Below are positions 39,963 through 48,739 of a DNA stretch of 64,000 nucleotides, piece after piece (position 1 is the stretch's first letter; each line of letters starts with the position of its first letter). This stretch comes from Minisyncoccota bacterium (GTDB lineage: Bacteria > Patescibacteriota > Minisyncoccia > UBA6257 > 2-01-FULL-56-20): assembly GCA_041664245.1 (NCBI GenBank), contig JBAYLC010000005.1:8695-72694 (forward strand), in the 5' to 3' direction. The translations under genes were made by a program, and so were the position numbers. The notes under the pieces are model-generated. The model did no database searches, had not been told where the DNA came from, and was given only the letters and a program-made list of their open reading frames with translations.

Positions 39963-40967
39963 ATGAAAATTTTTATAACCGGCGCCAGTGGCTATATCGG
40001 TTCCCTCCTAATTAATTCCTGGCTTAGTAATCCCGAAATCGAAAAAATAATCGCTCTCGATGTTAAATCGCCGCGTTTTTTGTGGAACGAGAATAATCCC
40101 AAGATTCACTTTATTCAAAAAAATCTTGCCGACATAAACATAGAAGAAGAATTAAAATCTTTCGGCTCGGTCGACGTTGTCATCCACGCCGCTTATTTTA
40201 TCCGGACGCCTTATTTCAAAAAAGCCCTTATCTATCAACGGTATTCAAATTTTGACGGCGCCAAAAATATTTTTGAATTTTGTTTTAAAAATAACATAAA
40301 AAAATTAATTCATTTCGGCACCGTTGCTTCCTATGGTGCCCGTTTGGAAAATTCTCTAGATAAAAAATTCAGAGAATCTGACAGCCTTGAGGAGGAGGCG
40401 ATTGCTTATGGCTGTGACAAAAAAATTATTGAAGAAAATTTAAGCCAATTTTTTGAAGATCATAAACCTGCAACTGATGTTGTTGTTTTGCGTCTTGGTT
40501 CAGTTTCGGGTCCGTTTTTGATAAACACCGTAAAAAAAATTGGCCTGCTTAGTTTTTTTCGTGGGCTTTCACCGTTTATTCCAATAACCGGCGAACTCTC
40601 CGCTAGGCAATATATTCACGAAGACGATGTCGTCTCCGCTATTAATTTCTTGATTAGAAAAGGATCTTCCCAAAATGAAATTAATATTTACAATCTCGCC
40701 GCCGATTGTTATTTAACTTTCCGTGAAATTGCCTCCCGGCTTAAAAAGAAAACTATTAAAATTCCTTTTTCTTTGGCAAATCTAGTCTTTAGAATATTTT
40801 GGAATCTAAGTTGCGGTTTGGTGCCCACGCCGCCTAACGTAATCAATTCCTACACCTTTCCAATTATTGTTGATAATTCAAAACTAATTGCCGCTGGTTT
40901 TAAATATAAATTTAACTGCCAAGAATCTCTCCTCGGTTCGGCTGGAAAATTCGCCAACCCCCTCTAG
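39963..40967 (+). CDS. NAD-dependent epimerase/dehydratase
   Basis: IFITGASGYIGS. Confidence 0.75.
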   Translation: MKIFITGASGYIGSLLINSWLSNPEIEKIIALDVKSPRFLWNENNPKIHFIQKNLADINIEEELKSFGSVDVVIHAAYFIRTPYFKKALIYQRYSNFDGAKNIFEFCFKNNIKKLIHFGTVASYGARLENSLDKKFRESDSLEEEAIAYGCDKKIIEENLSQFFEDHKPATDVVVLRLGSVSGPFLINTVKKIGLLSFFRGLSPFIPITGELSARQYIHEDDVVSAINFLIRKGSSQNEINIYNLAADCYLTFREIASRLKKKTIKIPFSLANLVFRIFWNLSCGLVPTPPNVINSYTFPIIVDNSKLIAAGFKYKFNCQESLLGSAGKFANPL

Positions 40968-40996
40968 ATTCCAATCCCCAATCTCTATTAGCCAGT

Positions 40997-42331
40997 TTAT
41001 TTTCCCGCAAAAGTCAGAATAGTTTTCAGGGTTTTTAGAACTATCAATAAATCCAGAACGAACGATCGGTTTTTCACGTAATAAATATCATAAGCTAGTC
41101 TTTCTATTGCTTCGTCCACCGAGCTGCCATATTTGTCCTGCACTTGCGCCCAGCCGGTTAATCCTGGTGCGATCACGGTTCTAATTTGATAATGAGGTAT
41201 TTTTTCCTTTAATAATTTATAAAAATCAACGAAATCCGCTCTTGGCCCGACGAAAGATAATTCTCCTCTTAGTATATTTATCACCTGCGGCAATTCATCC
41301 GCCCGCACTTTCCGAAGAATTTTTCCGATTCTAAAAACTCTTCCGTCATTTTCTACAACTCCGAACTCGGTGCCAACTTTTTTAAATTCATCGCTTCCCA
41401 CGCTCATCGTTCTAAATTTAAAAAGGGTAAAAATTTCTTCTTTTCTGCCCACTCTCTTATTGAGAAAAAAAGCCGGCCCTTTTGAGCTCGCCTTTATAAG
41501 TAGGATAATAAGCGGCCAAATCCAAATCGTAATTATTAAAACGATAAATGCCAATATTGAATCCTCAATTCTCTTAGCTATAATGTACAATCCGTTCCGT
41601 GGCCTTATCTTATCCAAAAACCAACTTTCCTCAAGCTCATCGATGGAGACTTTTCCCATAATCGCTTCATAAAATTCAGAAAAAGATGAGATCTCAACCC
41701 CCCTTAAAAGCTGTTTATATATTCTCTCTGCCATATCGCGATCGCTCTTTAAACTTGCTGGAATAACTAAAACATCATATCCGCCGTTACCAATTAAACT
41801 TTTTATTACTTCCAAGTCTAAATCATGAACCCAATGTAAAACCTTATATCCAAGCTGCGGATTATCAGTAAGGCAACTCACTAATTCTTCCGCATCTCTG
41901 CCTTTTCCAATAATACAAACCCCCATAAGCGGACTTGATTGTAGATAATGTTTGCACAAAAATTCCCTGAAAGAAAAAATAAGCACCCCGAAAATAATAA
42001 TCAAAAGAACTAAAATGGTTTTTGGCGCAATATCGAAATAGGGGAGTAAATAAAAAAACAAAATCGCCAAAACTGAGAATAAAATTATTCCAGTTAAAAA
42101 AAGTTTTACTCGCTGCATTCGTCGTCGGAATTTTCTAAGGTCATACAGGCCCACTATATAAAAAACAATCAGACCGAATAGAAGCAGAAAACTAAAAGGC
42201 CAAAGATGAAGCTTAAAAAGTTGCCAATTGAAACTCTCTGTATTCCTTATCAGGAGGGATAGGAAAAGGGCAAAGTAAAAAGAAAGCACGTCGAATATAA
42301 AGAATGAAAGTTTTTTTGTAGTCGTTTTCAT
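40997..42331 (-). CDS. undecaprenyl-phosphate sugar phosphotransferase (WbaP/PssY-type initiating enzyme)
   Basis: N-terminal TM bundle. C-terminal Bac_transf block RPLIIL...KRVGRKEEIFTLFKFRTM...DELPQVINILRGELSFVGPR. Confidence 0.9.
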   Translation of the reverse strand: MKTTTKKLSFFIFDVLSFYFALFLSLLIRNTESFNWQLFKLHLWPFSFLLLFGLIVFYIVGLYDLRKFRRRMQRVKLFLTGIILFSVLAILFFYLLPYFDIAPKTILVLLIIIFGVLIFSFREFLCKHYLQSSPLMGVCIIGKGRDAEELVSCLTDNPQLGYKVLHWVHDLDLEVIKSLIGNGGYDVLVIPASLKSDRDMAERIYKQLLRGVEISSFSEFYEAIMGKVSIDELEESWFLDKIRPRNGLYIIAKRIEDSILAFIVLIITIWIWPLIILLIKASSKGPAFFLNKRVGRKEEIFTLFKFRTMSVGSDEFKKVGTEFGVVENDGRVFRIGKILRKVRADELPQVINILRGELSFVGPRADFVDFYKLLKEKIPHYQIRTVIAPGLTGWAQVQDKYGSSVDEAIERLAYDIYYVKNRSFVLDLLIVLKTLKTILTFAGK

Positions 42332-42462
42332 ATAGCTCTTGTTCTACTACTTTTAGAGGTCTTTTAGCAAGTCCCAGCCTTCTCTATGGACCCACTTAAT
42401 TATATTACTTTATTTCCCTATTTTCTTGACAGCCTCCTCAAGGAGGTGTTACAATCGAGACC

Positions 42463-43164
42463 ATGGATAACGAAAATAAAAATAATATGATGTTGCCGGT
42501 AAGCATCATCGTCGCTGCCATCTTGATTTCCGGCTCGATTTTTTTAGTCGTTGGAAATAAAAATTCCAATAATCCTGACGGGTTAGCTCAAGTTGGCGCC
42601 CAAGTTCCGGCCGATGTCAGTAAGGTCACCGACCAAGATGTTGTCTTAGGCGACACCAAGGCTCCGGTTTCTTTTATCGTTTATGCTGACTATCAATGTC
42701 CTTTTTGTGGAAAACTGTTTTCTGAAACAGAGCAGCCGATTATCGATACCTATGTAAAAACCGGCAAAGTTAAATTAGTCTATCGTAATTATTCGTTCCT
42801 CGGTCCTGAATCTTTTGCCGCCGCCGAAGCAGCTGAGGCTGCAAGAGAGCAAAGTAAATTTTGGGAATTCCACGATGCAATCTATCAAGCCGAAATTAAA
42901 GACGGCAAAGAAAACAACGGTAATCTTAACCGCGATTTATTCTTAAAAATTGCCGCCAACCTGAAATTAGATATTAAAGTTTTCACAGCCGCTATTGATA
43001 GCAAAAAATATGCTGACCTGATCAAAAAGCAAAGCGAAGCTGCCAATGCCGCCGGCATTAATTCCACTCCGGCCGTTTTTATTAATGACCAGAAAATTGA
43101 AGGGGCCTTACCTCTCGATCAGTTTAAAACAGTTATCGACGGAATTTTGGCTAAACAAAAATAA
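42463..43164 (+). CDS. DsbA-family thiol:disulfide oxidoreductase (membrane-anchored)
   Basis: N-terminal TM helix and CPFC active site (YADYQCPFCGKL). Confidence 0.8.
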   Translation: MDNENKNNMMLPVSIIVAAILISGSIFLVVGNKNSNNPDGLAQVGAQVPADVSKVTDQDVVLGDTKAPVSFIVYADYQCPFCGKLFSETEQPIIDTYVKTGKVKLVYRNYSFLGPESFAAAEAAEAAREQSKFWEFHDAIYQAEIKDGKENNGNLNRDLFLKIAANLKLDIKVFTAAIDSKKYADLIKKQSEAANAAGINSTPAVFINDQKIEGALPLDQFKTVIDGILAKQK

Positions 43165-43330
43165 TTTATATTGCGATTAAGTTAGCGTCGGCGCGACGAA
43201 TTCGTTTCGCCCGTTAATCAAAATCAAAAAAGGGCGAAAAACTCGCGTTTAATAAGTCTAACTATCAAGTTATTTTTCGGAATCAATTCGGAAAACACCT
43301 TATTTATCTCGGGTAAAAATAAATCAATTA

Positions 43331-43504
43331 ATGGATTATCAAAATAATCGGGAAGAGCGGAAGATGTTCAAGGGTGACTGGGCCTGTTCGAAATGTGGCG
43401 CTAAAATCACCGAACTTCCTTTCGAGCCGGATCCAAGCCGTTTGGGCCAGCTTCTCTGCCGCGACTGTCATCGTTCGATGCGGCAATCTTTCCGCCGTTA
43501 CTAA
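43331..43504 (+). CDS. 57-aa zinc-ribbon protein (CxxC...CxxC)
   Basis: Hand-translated: MDYQNNREERKMFKGDWACSKCGAKITELPFEPDPSRLGQLLCRDCHRSMRQSFRRY. Absent from the track because it is under 60 aa. Supersedes overlapping ORFs 43328-43510(-) and 43374-43598(+). Confidence 0.5.
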   Translation: MDYQNNREERKMFKGDWACSKCGAKITELPFEPDPSRLGQLLCRDCHRSMRQSFRRY

Positions 43505-43610
43505 TTTCATCTCGGAGGTGAAATTATTCCGCCTGCCCGTCCGAAATATTGCTCAGCAATATGAAGCGAGAATTGCATTCAGGGATTACGATAAATAATG
43601 CAACAAAAAA

Positions 43611-43650
43611 CTCCCACCCCGCTATTTAGCAGAGACGGGAGTTTTTTATT
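43611..43650. terminator. hairpin flanked by A- and T-tracts (bidirectional intrinsic terminator)
   Basis: AAAAAA-CTCCC...GGGAG-TTTTTTATTTT. Confidence 0.5.
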
Positions 43651-43685
43651 TTAAGAGTTTTCAAAAACCCAGCACGTTCGACAAT

Positions 43686-43725
43686 AAAAAAAACGGCCTC
43701 TCGCTTGCATAAAGCGAGAGGCCGT
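43686..43725 (-). terminator. strong intrinsic terminator for a minus-strand transcript
   Basis: Perfect 12-13-bp stem CGGCCTCTCGCTT/AGCGAGAGGCCG with a 6-nt loop. On the minus strand it is followed by TTTTTTTT. Confidence 0.7.
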
Positions 43726-43956
43726 CGGATTTAGTATCAACTAGTATCCCTCTAGCAGAGCGACAATCCCCGCGAGGAAAGCGTATTACATTATTTACAG
43801 TGATTAATCGCAAGATCACCGCTCCACCTCAAAGGACACGAGCTAAACCCATACTAACTCCAATTCGAATTTTCTAACCTCCTTCGCCAATTGTTCAAAT
43901 AACTAATCTCCGGTTGTTAAACCCCAATCTTTCATGGTTTTCCCAACCTCTAGACT
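43686..43956 (-). ncRNA. candidate about 270-nt small RNA (unclassified)
   Basis: Bounded by the consensus promoter and the strong terminator above. Longest internal ORFs are about 10 aa. Confidence 0.4.
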
Positions 43957-43962
43957 ACGACA

Positions 43963-43990
43963 ATTATAACAAACCCCCAAAAATTGTCAA
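43963..43990 (-). promoter_or_regulatory. consensus sigma70 promoter on the minus strand (TTGACA-16 bp-TATAAT)
   Basis: Minus-strand reading: TTGACAatttttgggggtttgtTATAAT. No ORF follows before the terminator at 43725. Confidence 0.6.
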
Positions 43991-44059
43991 TGCATTCGAA
44001 AATTTAATAAAATCAGCTCTTCCTCCAGTTTTTATTAAGTGCTAAAATGGCCATAACTT

Positions 44060-44278
44060 ATGCTCAAATATAAAATTCAAATTTTTGTCGGCCTTTGGCT
44101 GATTATCTCTCCATGGCTATTTGGCGTGGATCAAGTTTTTCTTCTCAAGTGGAGTAATATTGCCGTTGGTCTTTTTATCTCACTGTCTGGTCTCTGGGAA
44201 GTGTTTGGTGAAAAACCAATTACAACCGGAACCGAAAAAACCGAACCAAAAAATTACAAGTCGAACCCTAAACTTTAA
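44060..44278 (+). CDS. SPW-repeat small membrane protein
   Basis: Two TM helices. LIISPWLFG carries the SPW motif. Confidence 0.55.
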   Translation: MLKYKIQIFVGLWLIISPWLFGVDQVFLLKWSNIAVGLFISLSGLWEVFGEKPITTGTEKTEPKNYKSNPKL

Positions 44279-44296
44279 ACCCTATTAGTTAATTCA

Positions 44297-45214
44297 ATGT
44301 ATGATCTGATAATTATCGGCGGCGGCCCTGGCGGCGTTTCTGCCGGCATCTATGCTGCCCGAAAAAAAATCAAAGCTCTGCTTATCACCGAAACCTTCGG
44401 CGGCCAGTCTTTAGTTTCGGCCGACATCCAAAATTGGATCGGCACCAAATCAATTTCCGGTTTTGATTTAGCGAAGTCTTTAGAAGAACATCTCAAAGCC
44501 CAAGAGGGGATAGAAATACTTGAAGGCGACCTCGTCGATTCCATTTCAAAAAAAGACAGCGGGTTTGAAATAAAAACCAAAGCCGGGAAATCATTTGAAA
44601 CTAAATATATTCTAGTTGCCTCCGGGAGCCGCCGCCGAAAACTTGGCGTTCCCGGAGAAGCTGAACACGACGGAAAAGGCGTAGCTTATTGCTCAATCTG
44701 CGATGCCCCGCTTTTTAACGGCAAAGAGGTGGCCGTAATCGGCGGTGGCAACGCCGGCCTTGAAGCCGTAATTGATCTCTTTCCCTACGCTTCCAAGATT
44801 TATCTTTTAGAATTTAGCGATGCCTTGAAAGGTGATCCCGTTACCCAAGAAAAAATTAAATCTAATCCTAAGATAGAAATTATTTTTGGCGCCAAAACTT
44901 TAGAAATTATAGGCGACACAAATGTTTCCAGTCTTAAGTATCTCGACCAAAAAAATAACGAAGAAAAAACTTTAGCCGTTCAAGGAGTTTTCATTGAAGT
45001 GGGAATCGCTCCTAACTCTGAATTTATGAAAGGTTTGGTAAATATAAATAATTTTGACGAAATTACCGTTGATCCTAAAACTTATCAAACTTCTTCTCCG
45101 GGGATCTGGGCAGTAGGGGATGTCACTGATTCTCTATATAAGCAAAATAACATCTCCGTCGGTGAAGCCGTCACGGCAACTCTCAATATTTACGAAAAAA
45201 TAACCAAAAGCTAA
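44297..45214 (+). CDS. trxB: thioredoxin reductase-like FAD/NAD(P) oxidoreductase
   Basis: YDLIIIGGGPGGVSAGIYAARK, redox CSICDAPLF (CxxC), GGGNAG second Rossmann motif. Confidence 0.85.
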   Translation: MYDLIIIGGGPGGVSAGIYAARKKIKALLITETFGGQSLVSADIQNWIGTKSISGFDLAKSLEEHLKAQEGIEILEGDLVDSISKKDSGFEIKTKAGKSFETKYILVASGSRRRKLGVPGEAEHDGKGVAYCSICDAPLFNGKEVAVIGGGNAGLEAVIDLFPYASKIYLLEFSDALKGDPVTQEKIKSNPKIEIIFGAKTLEIIGDTNVSSLKYLDQKNNEEKTLAVQGVFIEVGIAPNSEFMKGLVNINNFDEITVDPKTYQTSSPGIWAVGDVTDSLYKQNNISVGEAVTATLNIYEKITKS

Positions 45215-45393
45215 TCTATTGACAAATTTGTATATTCACAATATAATCTAAACCTCAAAAATAGTGTGTTAAATACACGCTTTTTTTGTTTCCAGCAACT
45301 TTATAAGAATTAAATAGGAAGGGAAAAGTAGTAATTCAGATCTATAAAAAAGCAGCAATCGTTCACTAATCCACAGAAAGAGAGGAAAAAGAA

Positions 45394-46353
45394 ATGAGGA
45401 AAGCCCTGCTATTTTCAATTATCTGCCTTTTGGCGATGACAATTTTTGGTTGTTCTGAGAGCCCCGTGTCACCGCCGAAAGAAAATCAATCTGGAAGTCT
45501 TCAGAGAGCCGGCGTTCTAAAGAAGGCCAGCGTCTTGGTCCAGGCGAAGTTTATGTTGCCGATGGTGGAAAAAAACTCCATCACGACTACATTCGTTTCA
45601 CTCTCGGATGATAGAAGGATCACCTCTCATATTACTCCAACGATGTCTCCGTCTGGAAACTACTACACATTTGAAGTATACGTCAGTCTACCGGCTTCGT
45701 CGGCGGGAACTCTTTATCGTTTCAAAGCGATTCTCGGACAACCCAATGATAATGCTCCGGCCGATTCAGTTTGGCCGGACAGAAACGTAACAGGCTGTGT
45801 TTTCCTAAACGGCATGGAGCCGAGTTATGGAAACAAGAACGAATTGTACTTCAAGGTATATCCCAACGGGACCGTTCTTATTGATGTCCAGAACGATGTC
45901 AAAGAGCTAGGGGAGAATATTTACCCCAAGTCGTATCTTGGGGTCATGGTTAACAAAGAACCAGACGGTAAGATTCATCAAATCGAAATCTCGGTGTTTA
46001 GATTAATTCCTGGCCGCCGGGGTAGTTTAATCTTGCAGCCAGTTTTCATTCCCGCGGAGATATTCTCCGGGGCAATACCGCCACTCGGAACAACTTGTTC
46101 CGGACTGGTTTCGTTTATTGGTCCAGCGGATGCCTGGACAAGGACTATCATGCCGAACCCGACGGAAGACGTGTACCTGACCGTTAGAGTCAGGTACTAC
46201 TCCGAAAGTTACGGCACCCAGGTGGTCCAGGAAATTTCCAGGGCTTCATTCGTTTTCTTTAGAACACCGGGATACAGGTGTGATTATCCTGGTTGCGATT
46301 TCCCGGTCTTCAAGATACCAGCTGCCGGTGGATGTGGTAACGGCAAAGGCTAA
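45394..46353 (+). CDS. hypothetical lipoprotein
   Basis: Signal peptide with lipobox (MTIFGC). No recognisable domain. Confidence 0.5.
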   Translation: MRKALLFSIICLLAMTIFGCSESPVSPPKENQSGSLQRAGVLKKASVLVQAKFMLPMVEKNSITTTFVSLSDDRRITSHITPTMSPSGNYYTFEVYVSLPASSAGTLYRFKAILGQPNDNAPADSVWPDRNVTGCVFLNGMEPSYGNKNELYFKVYPNGTVLIDVQNDVKELGENIYPKSYLGVMVNKEPDGKIHQIEISVFRLIPGRRGSLILQPVFIPAEIFSGAIPPLGTTCSGLVSFIGPADAWTRTIMPNPTEDVYLTVRVRYYSESYGTQVVQEISRASFVFFRTPGYRCDYPGCDFPVFKIPAAGGCGNGKG

Positions 46354-46387
46354 TACCAACCTCCTTCCTATTCTCTATTTGGTTTGT

Positions 46388-46471
46388 AATCCGCATCTTT
46401 GCGGATGCAAACGCAAAAAACACTCTGGCCAAGAGTGTTAAGAGCGTTCCAATCCAGGGCGCTCTTTTTTT
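46388..46471 (+). terminator. three consecutive hairpins, the last followed by T7 (terminator of the lipoprotein gene)
   Basis: ATCCGCA/TGCGGAT; ACACTCT/AGAGTGT; AGAGCG-13 nt-CGCTCT-TTTTTTT. Confidence 0.55.
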
Positions 46472-46515
46472 AAAAATCAAAGAAGCGAATTTTTCTTTTT
46501 AGAGAAGCTATCGGA

Positions 46516-46560
46516 GGCGCGGCAAGCTAGGTTCTCGAGCTTGCGAGGGATTGCCGCGCC
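46516..46560. repeat. GC-rich nested inverted repeat (cruciform)
   Basis: GGCGCGGCAA...TTGCCGCGCC outer stem enclosing GCAAGCT-9 nt-AGCTTGC. Confidence 0.5.
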
Positions 46561-46631
46561 GAGATGCAGGGGGGTTCGAACCGCAGGAGTTCTAACAACC
46601 CCGGTTCTCTGAAAAGAAAAAGGAGCTTCCC

Positions 46632-46660
46632 TTGACAGTCTTTCTCGGTCCGATTACACT
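46632..46660 (+). promoter_or_regulatory. groESL sigma70 promoter (TTGACA-17 bp-TACACT)
   Basis: Read directly. Lies immediately upstream of CIRCE. Confidence 0.7.
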
Positions 46661-46661
46661 A

Positions 46662-46688
46662 TTAGCACTCTTGGGTCGAGAGTGCTAA
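46662..46688 (+). promoter_or_regulatory. CIRCE operator (HrcA-binding inverted repeat)
   Basis: TTAGCACTC-TTGGGTCGA-GAGTGCTAA is a perfect match to TTAGCACTC-N9-GAGTGCTAA. It lies 18 bp before the groES ATG. Confidence 0.9.
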
Positions 46689-46705
46689 TTTAAACCAAAA
46701 AATAA

Positions 46706-46996
46706 ATGAATTTTAAACCTTTATCCAATCATCTCTTTCTCGAACCAACAGAGGAAGAGAAAACCACTAAGTCGGGAATTGTTCTCCCGGACTCGGCGGA
46801 AAAAGAAAAACCTATTCGGGGCAAAGTTCTCGCCATCGGCCCCGGCAAGTTAAATGAAAAAGGCGAGCGAATCCAAATGTCGGTCAAGGTCGGCGACATT
46901 GTTCTCTTTAAAAAATACGGTCCCGACGAAATTGAAGTTGAGGGAAAGAAATATTTAGTCGGCGACGAGGATGATATCCTCGCAATCATTGAATAA
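46706..46996 (+). CDS. groES: co-chaperonin GroES
   Basis: 96 aa with the LKPL..RVLV-type pattern (FKPLSNHLFLEP...GIVLPDSA). Immediately precedes groEL. Confidence 0.95.
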   Translation: MNFKPLSNHLFLEPTEEEKTTKSGIVLPDSAEKEKPIRGKVLAIGPGKLNEKGERIQMSVKVGDIVLFKKYGPDEIEVEGKKYLVGDEDDILAIIE

Positions 46997-46998
46997 TC

Positions 46999-48660
46999 AT
47001 GGCAAAACAAATTTTATTTAACGAAGAAGCGCGCGCAGCGCTCAAAAAAGGAATCGACAAATTAGCTGATGCCGTTCGGATGACTCTTGGCCCTCGCGGC
47101 CGGGCAGTTGTTATCGAAAAAGGCTACGGCGCTCCGCAGGTTACTTTTGATGGCGTTACTGTCGCCAAAGAAATTGAATTTCAAGATAAATACGAAAATC
47201 TCGGCGCTGATTTTATTAAGCAAGCGGCCGATAAAACTAACGACAATGTTGGTGATGGCACTACCACTTCCGTCGTCTTGGCTCACGCCATGATCGATGA
47301 AGGTGAAAAATTAATCCGAGAAAAAGGATTCAACGTCATCCAGCTCGCCGAAGAATTAAAAAAAGAAAGCCTGGAAGTGGTTAAAGCTCTTGAAGCCCAG
47401 CGCGAACTGATCAACGACAATAAAAAAATCGAAGAAGTCGCCACTCTCTCGGCTAAAGATAAATCTATTGGCCAGCTCATCGCTAAAGTGATGGATAAAA
47501 TTGGCAAAGAAGGCGTTGTTACAATCGAAGATTCCAACACCATCGGCAACTCCGATGAATTTGTCGAAGGAATGCAGTTTGACCGCGGTTATATCTCGCC
47601 CTATATGATTACCAATCAAGAACGAATGGAGTCTGAACTCGAAGATCCGTATGTTCTTGTGACCGACAAAAAGATTTCTTCAATCAGTGAGCTTCTTCCA
47701 ATTTTGGAAAAAATCGTCCAAAGCGGCAAAAAAGAATTAGTTATTATCGCCGAAGAAGTTGATGGCGAAGCTCTTGCCACCTTAGTGGTCAACAAGCTTC
47801 GCGGTATCTTTAACGTCTTAGCAGTGAAGGCTCCAGGGTTTGGTGATCGTCGCAAAGAGATGCTTCAAGACATCGCGGTTGTAACTGGCGCGGAATTTAT
47901 CTCTGAAGATCTTGGTAAAAAAATCGAAGGAATCGAAATTTCCGACCTTGGCCACGCCCATCGTGTTTTATCTAATAAAGATAATACGACCATTGTCGGC
48001 GGCAAGGGTAATAAAAAAGATATTGAAGCTCGCGTTTCCCAAATCAAAGCCCAGATTCAAAAAACCGATTCCGATTTTGATAAAGAAAAACTTCAGGAAC
48101 GGTTAGGCAAGCTTTCGAGCGGCGTCGCCGTAATCAAAGTTGGCGCGCCCACTGAGTCGGCTCAAAAAGAATTAAAGCAACGTGTCGAAGACGCTGTGGC
48201 CGCCACCCGCGCTGCCATGGAAGAGGGAATTGTCCCCGGCGGTGGTATGGCTCTCTTTAATGTCATTCCGACCATCGAAGCGCTAAAAGGAAAGGATAAT
48301 AATATAATTGAAGCCACTCGTCAGATTCTAAAGCGCGCTCTCGAAGCGCCGATAACCGCGATTGTGGTGAATAGCGGCGAAGCGCCGAAGACGGTCATTG
48401 AAGAACTAAAAGAAAAGAAAACTAAGTCATCTAGTGTTTGGCTTGGCTTCAACGCGGTAGTAAATAAAATTGCCGACCTTAAAGAAGCAGGGATTATTGA
48501 TCCGCTTAAAGTCACCAAAACTGCCTTTCTAAATGCCATCTCGGTCGCCGCCAATTATTTGACTGTCGGCGCCGCTATTTCAGAGCTTCCCAAAAAAGAA
48601 GAGAAAGGAATGCCCGGAATGGGTGGTATGCCTGGTGGTATGGGGATGAGTGATTACTAA
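46999..48660 (+). CDS. groEL: chaperonin GroEL
   Basis: AKQILFNEEAR...GDGTTT...GGM-repeat C-terminus (MPGMGGMPGGMGM). Confidence 0.97.
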   Translation: MAKQILFNEEARAALKKGIDKLADAVRMTLGPRGRAVVIEKGYGAPQVTFDGVTVAKEIEFQDKYENLGADFIKQAADKTNDNVGDGTTTSVVLAHAMIDEGEKLIREKGFNVIQLAEELKKESLEVVKALEAQRELINDNKKIEEVATLSAKDKSIGQLIAKVMDKIGKEGVVTIEDSNTIGNSDEFVEGMQFDRGYISPYMITNQERMESELEDPYVLVTDKKISSISELLPILEKIVQSGKKELVIIAEEVDGEALATLVVNKLRGIFNVLAVKAPGFGDRRKEMLQDIAVVTGAEFISEDLGKKIEGIEISDLGHAHRVLSNKDNTTIVGGKGNKKDIEARVSQIKAQIQKTDSDFDKEKLQERLGKLSSGVAVIKVGAPTESAQKELKQRVEDAVAATRAAMEEGIVPGGGMALFNVIPTIEALKGKDNNIIEATRQILKRALEAPITAIVVNSGEAPKTVIEELKEKKTKSSSVWLGFNAVVNKIADLKEAGIIDPLKVTKTAFLNAISVAANYLTVGAAISELPKKEEKGMPGMGGMPGGMGMSDY

Positions 48661-48683
48661 TTCTCAATCTATAAATAAAAAAA

Positions 48684-48712
48684 GCCCCGCTCAAAAAAAG
48701 CGGGGTTTTGGT
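48684..48712. terminator. bidirectional intrinsic terminator between groEL and the rlpA-like gene
   Basis: AAAAA-GCCCCGC-loop-GCGGGG-TTTT. Confidence 0.7.
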
Positions 48713-48739
48713 TTCTTGGTTTCTGGAAACCTTGAACTC

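Noticed and set aside
43328-43598. Track ORFs 43328-43510 (-) and 43374-43598 (+)
   Set aside because: They overlap a better-supported 57-aa Zn-ribbon ORF (43331-43504 +) with a CxxC...CxxC pattern. The alternatives have no motif.
43731-43960. Assigning the 43.7-kb minus-strand RNA to SRP, tmRNA, RNase P or 6S
   Set aside because: No conserved motifs of these RNAs could be recognised by eye (SRP domain IV, tmRNA tRNA-like end, RNase P P4). It was left unclassified.
46556-46600. tRNA-like fragment around GGGGGTTCGAACCGCAGG
   Set aside because: It has only a T-arm-like palindrome (GGTTCGAACC). No acceptor or anticodon arms could be folded.
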